From positions 18,820,912 through 18,884,911 of the forward strand of contig NC_092675.1 in NCBI RefSeq assembly GCF_964355755.1: a stretch of 64,000 nt of DNA, read 5' to 3'. Origin of the DNA: Antedon mediterranea (lineage: Eukaryota; Animalia; Echinodermata). The first letter of the stretch is position 1. Each line of letters begins with the position of its first letter. A program made the position numbers and the translations under genes. This document shows positions 53,691 through 64,000 of this stretch, one piece after another. The notes under the pieces were generated by a model, which had not been told where the DNA came from, searched no databases, and saw only the letters and a list, made by a program, of their open reading frames with translations.

Positions 53691-56194
53691 TCACGCTGCT
53701 GCTCTAGCCAGCTACGTCCTATGAGGACTACTCATTTATAAGCTAAAGCAACCAGCAGTTATAGTATCTAAGGCCGACAGTTTTGCGACTTTATAAACTC
53801 TATAATTTATAGATTCCAGCTGCTGGACCCAAAAAACGTCTGGGAAAGAGAGTCTATGAGGACTCACGGATGAACGATTTTGGATTCTCGCCCTTTGATT
53901 GGTTGACGCGAATCAACAGACTAAAGAATTTTCGTGAAGTCACGTTGTCTCTAGAGGGTATTCAGTTGCACGCCAACAGGTTGAGGTCACACACGTCACA
54001 CACACAGCATATTAAAGGGCATGTGAATCATAAAGAACTATCTTTAATTTTTTGTATGTATTTTTGCGATTAAAGGACATCTTTTTGATAATTAATCATA
54101 TATATATCTGAAGAAAGAACAATGATTAATTTTAAAATGTCAAGCAGCGTTTTTTGTAAGAAATATTTCTTGTTTAGATGGCTACATACAAACAGAGAAT
54201 GCTTTAATCGATATATTGGTGACGTCACAAAAACCTTTAAAAATCTCGAGTTATCTGTAAATTCAATATAGGTTGACAAATTAAATAGCGCGACCTCCCT
54301 GGTTTTTTTCTAGTTTAACTTTTTTTGTTGTCGTTTGTTTCCTTTTTGAGGATCAAGGATTCGTATATTCGTCAACAATTCGTTCCAATTCAGTGTCGGT
54401 AGTAGGCCAATGTCAGTCATTTCTGTGTAAAAACAAACATCCCGACCGACCCCGATTACCAATTAATGTCCCTGTGCTTCAGGAAATCATACAGCAATTT
54501 ATTAAGGTCTTAATTCTGAGCCTCCTCACGTTCTACTTTAAAATTCGTTCAAGGGGTTTGTATAATGATAATCCATAGCGTCATTTGTGTACTTAAGGGA
54601 ATTATGAATGATAAATATATAGTCAGAACATTTTACATAATTTACAGTTTTCGAAGACTTATGTTTTATGATACAACTTTAGTAAAGTCCTTGTAAATGT
54701 TCGTTCCAATCTAATACCTAAGTTATATAAATAAGTACTTATTTACTAATAATTCACTCATATCTAGACAGAAGCACATATAATAGTTAGGCAACAACAA
54801 TGATCAAAGTTACTGAAGTTATCGTGATATCTCGTCGTATTCATGCGGTATAAAGACTGACAAACAGTACGGTAAAGTAATCCGTTCGCATCCTCTTACA
54901 TTTTTGTCCTGTCAACTGAAAAACAGTTTTGGTAAATCAGACTTTCAAATAAAATAAATGAATGAAATCAAAATAATATTTCTTTGTTAATGCCAATGGT
55001 GTTTGGTGTATACTTTGAGATAATCACGCGAGAAAACAAGAATTTAGCCAGATAAGTGAGATCTACAACGTGTTGTTAAGTATGCATCACGTGTCATTGG
55101 AATTGAGAAGAGTTCTATTGAATCCGTTTTTGAAAATCGATTAATTAAGAAAACACATTCTATATTGCAAGATTAAACTCATCCCATCCATAATAACTTA
55201 TTTGAGGTGTTACGTAGCGGTAACTAACTCCAAAATTTGATGAATGAAGTGCACTAGTAAATGACTGAACATATTGCGTGTGTGTAAAGACCTATACGAA
55301 AGACCTATTAAACATTATGATTGAACATTATGCTTAAATGTGTTCTTGCAATGTATTATATAGACATAAACCAGGTGGTGGTCACGTAACGAAAATAAAT
55401 TATCTTTTTTTAATTTATTTTTAGATTGTCTCCCTCATAATGCAATATTTTACTACCGTTTTATGCTGTATTTTATAGTTACGATAAAAAAAAATATCCA
55501 TCATGAAACCATATATAATAATAAAACAAGGTGAAATGTTATGCACATGATGGAAAATGCTTTCTTATTCTAATGCTTTCTCACTTTAGTAACATGTATA
55601 TGCACGTCTAGTTGATTTTCATTAAAAAAATGTTAAATGTGATTATACCGTCAACACAAAAACGTATTATGAACAATATAGCAATATAAAAAGAAATATA
55701 CCAGTTAATAAATGAAAGGATAATATATTTATTAAACAAATACTGAGAAAGGCAATATAAACAAGCTATGTTAAATAAAATTCTATAACGTATATTTAAC
55801 AATGTTTAAATAATGTTGTTTTTGTATTTATTGTAGAAAATTCGTTATCACTTTCTCCTTGTTCTAAAAAAAATAATTGTAATAGTCCTTCCATGACTTA
55901 GCTGCCATGCTTGCGCTAAACGTAAGAACGAGACGCAACGAAAGCGAGTTAACAAAATGTCGAGCGACAGATAATCCATCGATTGGTCAAATCAAATAGT
56001 AGAATTGCATTACCATCCATTATCCAAAATATCTGTAATTTCTCCTGTTATTGTTATAAACATTGGCAGTTTCTCGTTGCAATAATTACATAATGTAGCC
56101 TACTAATTATGGTTATTGGCGATACTTAACTCCCCCAACCCCAATTCCCCTTTTTTTGGTACGCAAGACAGCTATTATTAATAGGTTTACTGTA

Positions 56195-56570
56195 CATCCG
56201 GCGCAGATCTTGGGGGACGGCGGACACGTCTTTCCACCCAAACCATATTTTTTTAGTGGGGGATTGTCCCCTCACTTTTCAACACGAAATCATTAATTTG
56301 TTGAAATGAAATAGAAAGGACTTTGAGCAAGTATGTAATTTCAGAAAATACAGTATCTAAGAAGAATAGATTTTGCGTGAATATAACCAGTGGCCTAGCA
56401 GGGTCAGTGCCTAAAGGTTAATTGCAGAACCCAAAATAATTGTATTCTTCCGGGCGGAATGTTTATGTGTTCAGAAATTGACCTACATATTACTCAAGGA
56501 CCTGGGCTTCCAGGACCATTCCACAACCCCTCCCCCCACCCCCACTATTTAAAACGTACCTGCGCCGTTG
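56195..56570. mobile_element. hAT-like MITE
   Basis: Imperfect TIRs CATCCGGCGCAGAT / ACCTGCGCCGTTG and an 8-bp TSD TTACTGTA / CTACTGTA (one mismatch). Confidence 0.6.
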
Positions 56571-56928
56571 CTACTGTAAAATAACGATTTTAACTAAAAT
56601 TCTACAGCAATCAAATGATCATTATATAACATAATGCATCCATTCTCATTCGGCATGCAACAGAACAAGTAACTCGTGCTTAGGACTCCAGTAGCAGGCC
56701 TAATGATGTTGTATATGTGATCTAACAACACGTGTACTGCATGCATTACTTGGAAAAGGTAATATTTATTGAGGAGAATAGCTATAGTTACTATATCACG
56801 TCTCCTCTTTTGTACAGATGTTGCAAATGTAAATGATATACACTGCCAAACTTATGGAAACAATGAATTGTGACGTTAATTCAATATTGGAGACAGAAAG
56901 ACGATTGTCGACAATATCACATAATCTG

Positions 56929-58660
56929 GGTTCTAGGACACCTACCCCCTAGACAGTTACCCCCCGGATGTTTACCACCCGGACAACTACCCCCTTAGGA
57001 CAACTACCCCCCGGACAACTACCCCCCGGACAACTACCCCCCGGACAACTACCCCCTTAGGACAACTACCCCCTTAGGATAACAACCCCCCGGACAACTA
57101 CCCCCCGGACAACCACCCCCTTAGGACAACTACCCCCTTAGGATAACTACCCCCCGGGTAACTACCCCCCGGTCAACTACCCCCCGATCAACTACCCCCC
57201 CCCCCCCCCCCCCATCCAAAAGTAGACAAATATATAGGACCGGTTTCTGTAAAAATGAAATCATCTGTTTTTAACGGGTGTTTCGAAAATAGAGACCCGA
57301 GACCAGAGACCTGACACGAGACCCAATACGAAAAGGGAGACCTATATTTGGGTCTCCCTTTTCGTATATTAGGGTCTCCCTTTTCGTATAGTGTGGTCTC
57401 TCTTTTCGTATAGTGGGGTCTCCCTTTTCTTATAGTGGGGTCTCTCTTTTCTTATAGTGGGTCTCCCTTTTCGTATATTTGGGTCTCTCATTTTGTATAT
57501 TTGGGTCTCCCTTTCGTATAACTGGGTCTCCCTTTTCGTATATTTAGGTCTCCTTTTTCGTATATTAGGGTCTCCCTTTTCGTATAGTGGGGTCTCCCTT
57601 TTCGTATAGTGGGGTCTCCCTTTTCGTACGTGGGTCTCCCTTTTCGTATATTTAGGTCTCCCTTTTCGTATTGGGTCTCTGGTCTCTGGTCTCGGGTCTC
57701 TAGTTTTGAAACACCCGTTTTTAACCGATTATTCTGTTTAACAGCACGCTAGACCCTAGATGCGCTAGATTTAAAGTACCGTATTTATTGAAAAAACGGC
57801 CTGGGCTGTTTATTGTTTAGGTGGTTTTTAGGTGGACATTTATTGGAAGAAAGTTGTTTATTCAATGGGAGGGGGTATAATCTAATGGAAATAGACGCCG
57901 ATTATTCCATATGATGTTTCATGGGAGTGACATGGTCACCGTTTATTTGAGGGGAATTTATTTAAAGATCGACGTTTATTCGGTGAGTGAACATTGAGGT
58001 CAAATATCAAAAGTGATATTATTCTTCAAGTGTACAAAAATACATATATGACAAATTTGAGACAAAAATTAATTCTTTTAAGACCAGTGGTTATCGAAGC
58101 ATTGTCCTGACGAAAAAATTATTATTATTATTAGCGAACCCAGTCTTTACAGTAAATACAGGGAGTACTATATAATACGTTCGACTATCCTATGATCATG
58201 TGTGACAATCTTCAGTTTATACCAGGCTATATTTATGTTCAATCTTTTACTTTTGTTTACAATAATGAATAGTAATTCGTCAAAGTAACGAATTAAAATA
58301 TAGTTATTAATTCCTATTATACACTGTTGCAGAATCAGGTTGTTGAATGGTCTGGGTGGTTAGGGTGTTCTAAAGGGATAGTTTTCTGGGTGGTAATTGT
58401 CCGGGGGGTAATTGTCCGGGGGGTAATTGTTCCGGGGGGTAATTGTTCCTAGGGGGTAATTGTCCGGGGGGTAGTTGTCCAGGGGGTAGTTGTCCTAAGG
58501 GGGTTGTTGTCCTAAGGGGGTAGTTGTCCGGGGGGTATTTGTCCGGGGGGTAGTTGTCCTAAAGGGGTAGTTGTCCTAAGGGGGTAGTGGTCCAGGTGGT
58601 GGTTGTCCGGGGGGTAGTTGTCCGGGGGGTAAATGTCCAGGGGGTGAATATCCGGATACG
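56929..58660. mobile_element. Foldback-type non-autonomous Mutator-like element (1732 bp)
   Basis: ~280-bp inverted arms built from 15-16-bp GGACAACTACCCCCC units and a perfect 9-bp TSD CATAATCTG (56920-56928, 58661-58669). Confidence 0.85.
57276..57716. mobile_element. Nested 441-bp MULE-like MITE
   Basis: TIRs GGGTGTTTCGAAAATAGAGACCCGAGACCAGAGACC / GGTCTCTGGTCTCGGGTCTCTAGTTTTGAAACACCC, a 9-bp TSD GTTTTTAAC, and internal ~21-bp GGGTCTCCCTTTTCGTATA repeats. Confidence 0.85.
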
Positions 58661-59236
58661 CATAATCTGCAATGACTCCAATTGCGAGACACTAAAACAA
58701 TCGTTTATTATCCACCAACAGTTCCACAATTACTATATAAAGTATAATATAAACGGCAATTTTTTTTTTAACTGGCCACGTCACGACGTCATCCGTGATG
58801 AGGAAAAGGTTGATGTATGGGTGTGGCGAGAGCGGACCAAAAGCTTCTGCCGTCTCAGCGTCTATCTCATGCATACTGTGCTGTATCTATAAATGATTAC
58901 TGTACTTCGTCTACGCTATTCATTTGTAACCATGTGATTAGTGATTAACATTGTACTGTAAAACCTGACCACATCCTAGTCAGACAATGTTTTAATAATT
59001 TGTTGGCTTTAACAACAAAATGCATCATTTACTTTATCCATTTGTTAATAACTTTTGCTTTTTGTAATTGTTCTTAGCAAAAGCTTATAATTAGTTGTAA
59101 TGCCTTCATCGTTTAAAAAAAATATAAGCAGAAGCCCTTTTGTGGCAGCCAACATAAACTACAGTGTTCAAACATATACAGTATTTTCGCTTGTGCATTT
59201 CATGTGAAGCACCCTCCTTCATGGGGGTGCCCCTTA

Positions 59237-59436
59237 AGCGTGGTTCCCACTAGAACGCAAAGTATTGATACAAAGTGATGTATTGCGTAATCACCACGCA
59301 AAGTGGGAACAGACGACACAACAGTGCTGCAAACATAGCAGGTTTTATTTCACGCAGACGGGGCAAACAATTATTGGAAGGGCATTTTCTTACATTGCGC
59401 ATATTGCGTTACATTGCGTCGCTAGTGGGAACCACT
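59237..59436. mobile_element. MITE sharing GGTTCCCACTAG TIRs, different interior
   Basis: TTA|AGCGTGGTTCCCACTAGAACGCAA ... TTGCGTCGCTAGTGGGAACCACT|TTA. Confidence 0.75.
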
Positions 59437-59621
59437 TTACAGGGGGTTAATGGTTGGATCAAGAATGTATGACTATTTAATAATGATTATGTTAAAGTGA
59501 TGAATTGTGTGAAAATCAACTATAACAACACAAATGAGTAAGGGTATACAAATGATACATTTTTCTGTTTTTTTAATTTTATTTTATACAATCACTATTA
59601 AGATTCCATGTAGACTATTGT

Positions 59622-59700
59622 TTATTTCTTGGCAGCTTGTTGCGCCTTCAACACCCGATGAACGATCTTCTGTTCTTCAAGAAGAAAAGCACGTACAATC
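59622..59700 (-). CDS. RPL34: 60S ribosomal protein L34 (eL34), last coding exon
   Basis: Minus strand ttttccAG|G ATT GTA... encodes (R)IVRAFLLEEQKIVHRVLKAQQAAKK*, matching the eL34 C-terminus RIKRAFLIEEQKIV. AATAAA lies ~40 nt after the stop (59578-59583). The upstream exons were not found in the window. Confidence 0.93.
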
Positions 59701-61127
59701 CTGGAAAACATAAATTAGAAATTTGTAATAAATGATTCATAATTGACTAAGATTGAGATAGATCAGTTAAGACGTCATCAAACATTAATAGCAGACATTT
59801 ATAGTTTCATTTATACAAGGAAGACATTTATTTTTTAGAGAAAACATACATGTTTATATATTGTCTGTTCTTTAGTATTAAAAATTTCTGTTGAAATCAA
59901 CATTAAAAATATTTATCATTTTAATGAGATAATATTCTGTGCAAGTTGCTTACTGATGAGATACAAAATATTTTTATTGCCTAATGTCGCGTCACCTGTT
60001 TATAATCCAAAAATAATTTCCAGACAATTAAAATATTCATATTTTAAACAAAATGGTATTCATAACAAAATGCTACATTTCTCAAAAAAAAAAAAGGAAA
60101 AAAGCTTTATTAGAGCTTGTTAGTAACAAGGTTGTAAGAAGTTGAGGATGTGACTTCAGGTGTTTTTTTGCTTTTCTAACTACTACAGGTGTAGGCTACT
60201 AACAATTTCCTTCAAATTTGTTGCTCTATAAAACATTCTTTTACATGTTGACCACGTTTTCACAGCCTGTTTTCATGCCATGATTATCAGTTTTTGGCAC
60301 TCAATTTACCATGCAAAACACAGCAACACAGCTGGCTCCTAAAAGCTATGGAATGTGCTCATGTTAAACTACATGAACAATTTCAATATTACCATGAAAC
60401 TGTGTTACAATCAATACAAATTAGAAACTGAAATACTTTCCCATACATAAAAAAAAAATAACATAACAATTTAATATTTTTCCATTAGCTTCTTTCAGTT
60501 TACCGCTAGTCTAGTCATTTTCAGTCTTTGCTTCATCTATAGATTCACTTGCATTTTGTGCAAGTTCATTAAATCTAGGTTTTTACCCTTCAAATATAAC
60601 TTCAATTTTAACAGCTTTATTTATATGTCATTTCTTATTTTTCTTTTAAATGTGGTGTCTCTTGTTGCTAATCCTACCGAATTAAAACTTTTTAAAGTAA
60701 ACATGGTTTAAAATACAATCTTAAATGATTGCCATTTGTAATGTGCTATATCTAATTATACACATAGTGAATAATATTTGGAAGTCAATAGTGCACCATA
60801 CATACTGTAGAAATGAATTATTCATTTACAATCCCTTATCATCAGCACATAATATACTACAGCAGACAAACTAACTTGCTATTCCATAAAGTCATTTCAT
60901 ATCTGTGTCAAACATTACAAAAACCCATGTTCAAAACATTATCAATAAGAACAAGTTTGTTTAAATGCATAAATCGTGTCAAAATTATTCTAGTCAATTT
61001 AAAAAAACGATACTTTGTGAATACACTCAAAATAATGGTCAATATAAAAAAAGCATACTTTGTGAATCCACACTTAATTTATGAAATGCAATATACACTA
61101 TTTGAATAACTATATAATAAATATATT

Positions 61128-61267
61128 GGGATGAGTGTGTGGCGCAGTGTGTTGGACGTTGGACTTCTGATCATAGATCAGGAGGAACAGGAGTTCGCAT
61201 TGCTTGTGTCCTTATTCAAGACACTTGTGTTTGCCTCTCTCCACCCAGGTGTACAAATGGGCATTGA
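61128..61267 (+). mobile_element. Degenerate tRNA-derived SINE (CORE/Meta-domain-like)
   Basis: A box TGGCGCAGTG, then TTGTGTCCTT...CAAGACACTT and TTGCCTCTCTCCACCCAGGTGTACAAATGGG. Confidence 0.6.
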
Positions 61268-62170
61268 TTAAGCGCTACTCTACAGTATATAAGAACAATG
61301 TTTTATTATAATAGCAATCTAGTATTTGCTATGTTAGGGTAAAAGGATAAACAAGGCGTTTGACAGTAGATTCAGATTCACTTTTAAGAAAATACAGGTC
61401 CATGGATTTTAGTAGAGCATGTTGTACTGTACATGTACAGCATAATGCATAAACTAAATAGACATTTATATAATAAAGGACATTAATTTGGAACATAAAC
61501 TGGGTTATGCTTTGCATGCATACAGTATGACAACAAAGGCTAAATTATACACAAGGTAGCTTAATCATACAGTACCAATTATTTCCTTGCAAGCAATTAC
61601 CGCTTACAAATACAGTAGCATTAATTTTTTAATTACATTCAATACAAATTTTAATTGGTTATGGAAAATAATCTGTTTTGCAAACTAGGGTATTGGAACA
61701 TGTTTTCATAATAAAGGAATACAGACTTGTAATCTAAATGTTTAATGCAATGGTTTGAATGTTGTATTGAAAATTTTTTTATCAGTTGTTTTAATGAAAA
61801 AGAGAATCATGAGTCGGCATGTATTCCTTTTAATCCAGATACACAGTTAATCAGTTATACTCTTATCATATGGTTATATTGATAGGTTCAAATAAAAGTT
61901 AATCGCAACTATCCGTAGTAGGCAACTTGACAACCAGCGTTCTCTACAAATTCAAGAAAGGATAAGAAAACAAGATTTGATGGAACTATGTACAGTATGC
62001 AAAGCAGACTACAAGATGAAGCACTTTCAACTCAGGAAAGTTATATATAAAATAAAAAGGTAATAAAAAAAAACCGAAGGATCAACATTTAAAAGGATAT
62101 ATAGAGATTGCTAGCAAATTGATTAATACGTAGAGAAAAATATAGAAACGTAATACTTTTAGATTAAAAT

Positions 62171-62503
62171 TAAGGGAAGATAATCTAGAAGCTGTCCGAG
62201 AGTAGAAAAGACAAAACCTAGTGTAAAAAAGATGGTTAAGGGAAGATAATCTAGAAGCTGTCCGAGAGTAGAAAAGACAAAACCTAGTGTAAAAAAGATG
62301 GTTAAGGGAAGATAATCTAGAAGCTGTCCGAGAGTAGAAAAGACAAAACCTAGTGTCAAAAAGATGGTTAAGGGAAGATAATCTAGAAGCTGTCCGAGAG
62401 TAGAAAAGACAAAACCTAGTGTAAAAAAGATGGTTAAGGGAAGATAATCTAGAAGCTGTCCGAGAGTAGAAAAGACAAAACCTAGTGTCAAAAAGATGGT
62501 TAA
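62171..62503. repeat. 66-bp tandem repeat, 5 copies
   Basis: Unit TAAGGGAAGATAATCTAGAAGCTGTCCGAGAGTAGAAAAGACAAAACCTAGTGTMAAAAAGATGGT, with a single A/C variant site. Confidence 0.97.
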
Positions 62504-62815
62504 AGACAGGGCTACCGTACTGAACAATATCCTACTCTAAGCGAATGTCAGGAAGACAGATACATTTTATCAATAAATTTAAATTTACCACATTCATCAT
62601 GTTTACACCGTCTAAAGCAGCAATGGCGGCACTTCACAAACACCATCCACATTAATAAATAGCCAACGACATTTCAAATACAACTATTAATGCCACAATC
62701 GTCTCCTTATGCACTTATTAATTAGCTGACCAAACATTTAAACATTCAGTAATTATAAATTTTGTCTAGTACATTGATCCGTTAAAAGGCAGTTTGTGAG
62801 AAGGCAAGCTACTTA

Positions 62816-62940
62816 CAGGGCTGCAAATTAAGGGGTATTTGGTCGCATTTGCGACCTAATTTTTCTGTTTGCGACTAAAGCAACAGAATAGGTCGCGCAT
62901 AGCGCGACAAGATCGTCTGCTTGTGCGAGTTGTTTCAAAT
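62816..62940. mobile_element. Probable hAT-type element end
   Basis: CAGGGCTGCAAATTAA start followed by subterminal GTCGCA/TGCGAC motifs. The other end was not found in the window. Confidence 0.4.
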
Positions 62941-64000
62941 TGAAGTCAGGTGTGTTTTCCCTATTTAACTGTGTTGTAATTTAATCTCTCTCTACTCTAC
63001 GGAAGGCTCAGGAGTTTCCACTAGTCACCGCCGCCGCAAAGGAGTCAGGTTCATTCAAGCGTACAAAGCCCCTAAACGTTTTACACTCGTTGTGATTGGA
63101 AGTTCGTCCATTTATTGTATGCTGCCTTACCCAATCACACAAAAGGACACCAAATACACAGCACAGTGTGACGCGCGGACGACACAAACCTCGTGGAAAA
63201 ATCACCTCCGTTTTAAAGAAGGAATATAAAAAAACAATTGTACCGCCGTACACAGAAGTTAGCCAGGGCGGGCGCGGCAGATACTAAGGATTGTCGCCGC
63301 GCAGCCATCAGCATTTTTTAGGCAGTATAATGGTATATATCATGATTACTAAATAATGTAATTAATGATATATATAATAATATCTATTCATTATATAGAT
63401 TAAACAGCAGTATTGTTTATCAGTAGATTTAATACTTTATTCCAGATTCTGATTATCGAAAATGATATATCAGAGAAAATACCGCAGCTTTTCCTACGAA
63501 GTAGCTTCGTAGATAAAACAGGCTACGTTGTTGGCTTTGTAGGTTACATTGTTTGGCTTCGTTAGTAACCTCAATAAACAACCTCACGATGTTCTATAGT
63601 AAGTAACAAGGTGTGAAAACTATTATTTGATGTGTTAATTTTGACTGGCGGAGGAGGACCAATTTGTACATTACTAAGAAATATATAATATAATATTTTT
63701 TATTCGTAAATGTTTCATTTGTGTGTGTTTTTTTACTCTCAACAACGGTGAATATAAATTTCCTACAATGTAAACGTATACGAGACACGATCCAACACAA
63801 TGAACTATGCCAACTAATAAAAAATAATATAGCGAACGTCCAGTCGATCCAAAAACATGCAAACAAAAAGATCGTAAACAATTCATTCTAAATATAGTAT
63901 CAGAACGTTCAATCGGTCGCTCAAAAAGACTGCCGACAGAAGATCGTAATTAATACAGACCTAGTTTTTTGGTCACATGTCATGAAACGCGATACTCTGT

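Noticed and set aside
62548-62601. Minus-strand C/D snoRNA (ATGATGA...CTGA) in the RPL34 intron
   Set aside because: It is short, has no terminal stem, and shows no convincing rRNA guide complementarity by eye.
63008-63287. GC-richer ORFs, including a YGG motif, as an upstream RPL34 exon
   Set aside because: The context VYGGTIVF does not match eL34 AYGGSMCAKC, and no recognisable domain is present.

Overview
AT-rich eukaryotic genomic DNA with spliceosomal introns, probably from a marine invertebrate and plausibly an echinoderm (inferred from the receptor type and repeat landscape). Two host genes are visible. One is a complete 3-coding-exon class A GPCR on + (26769-28832, 380 aa), kisspeptin-receptor/GPR54-like but lacking the TM3-ECL2 disulfide and carrying HRY in place of DRY. 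The other is the last exon of ribosomal protein L34 on - (59622-59700), whose upstream exons were not found in the window. A 5'-truncated, decayed Neptune-type Penelope-like retroelement (RT + GIY-YIG, 30430-32870) sits in a (TA)n tract and carries a minimal hammerhead ribozyme in its 3' region. The rest is a mosaic of non-autonomous elements: Harbinger-like MITEs nested in their own relatives, a foldback MULE with a nested MULE-like MITE, Kolobok-, hAT- and Helentron-like elements, 5S/tRNA-derived SINEs, LINE 3' ends and ultra-short P-like remnants. There are also several tandem arrays and a strong excess of the palindrome TAGGCCTA. No prokaryotic systems or CRISPR arrays were found. All calls were made by eye, without database searches.
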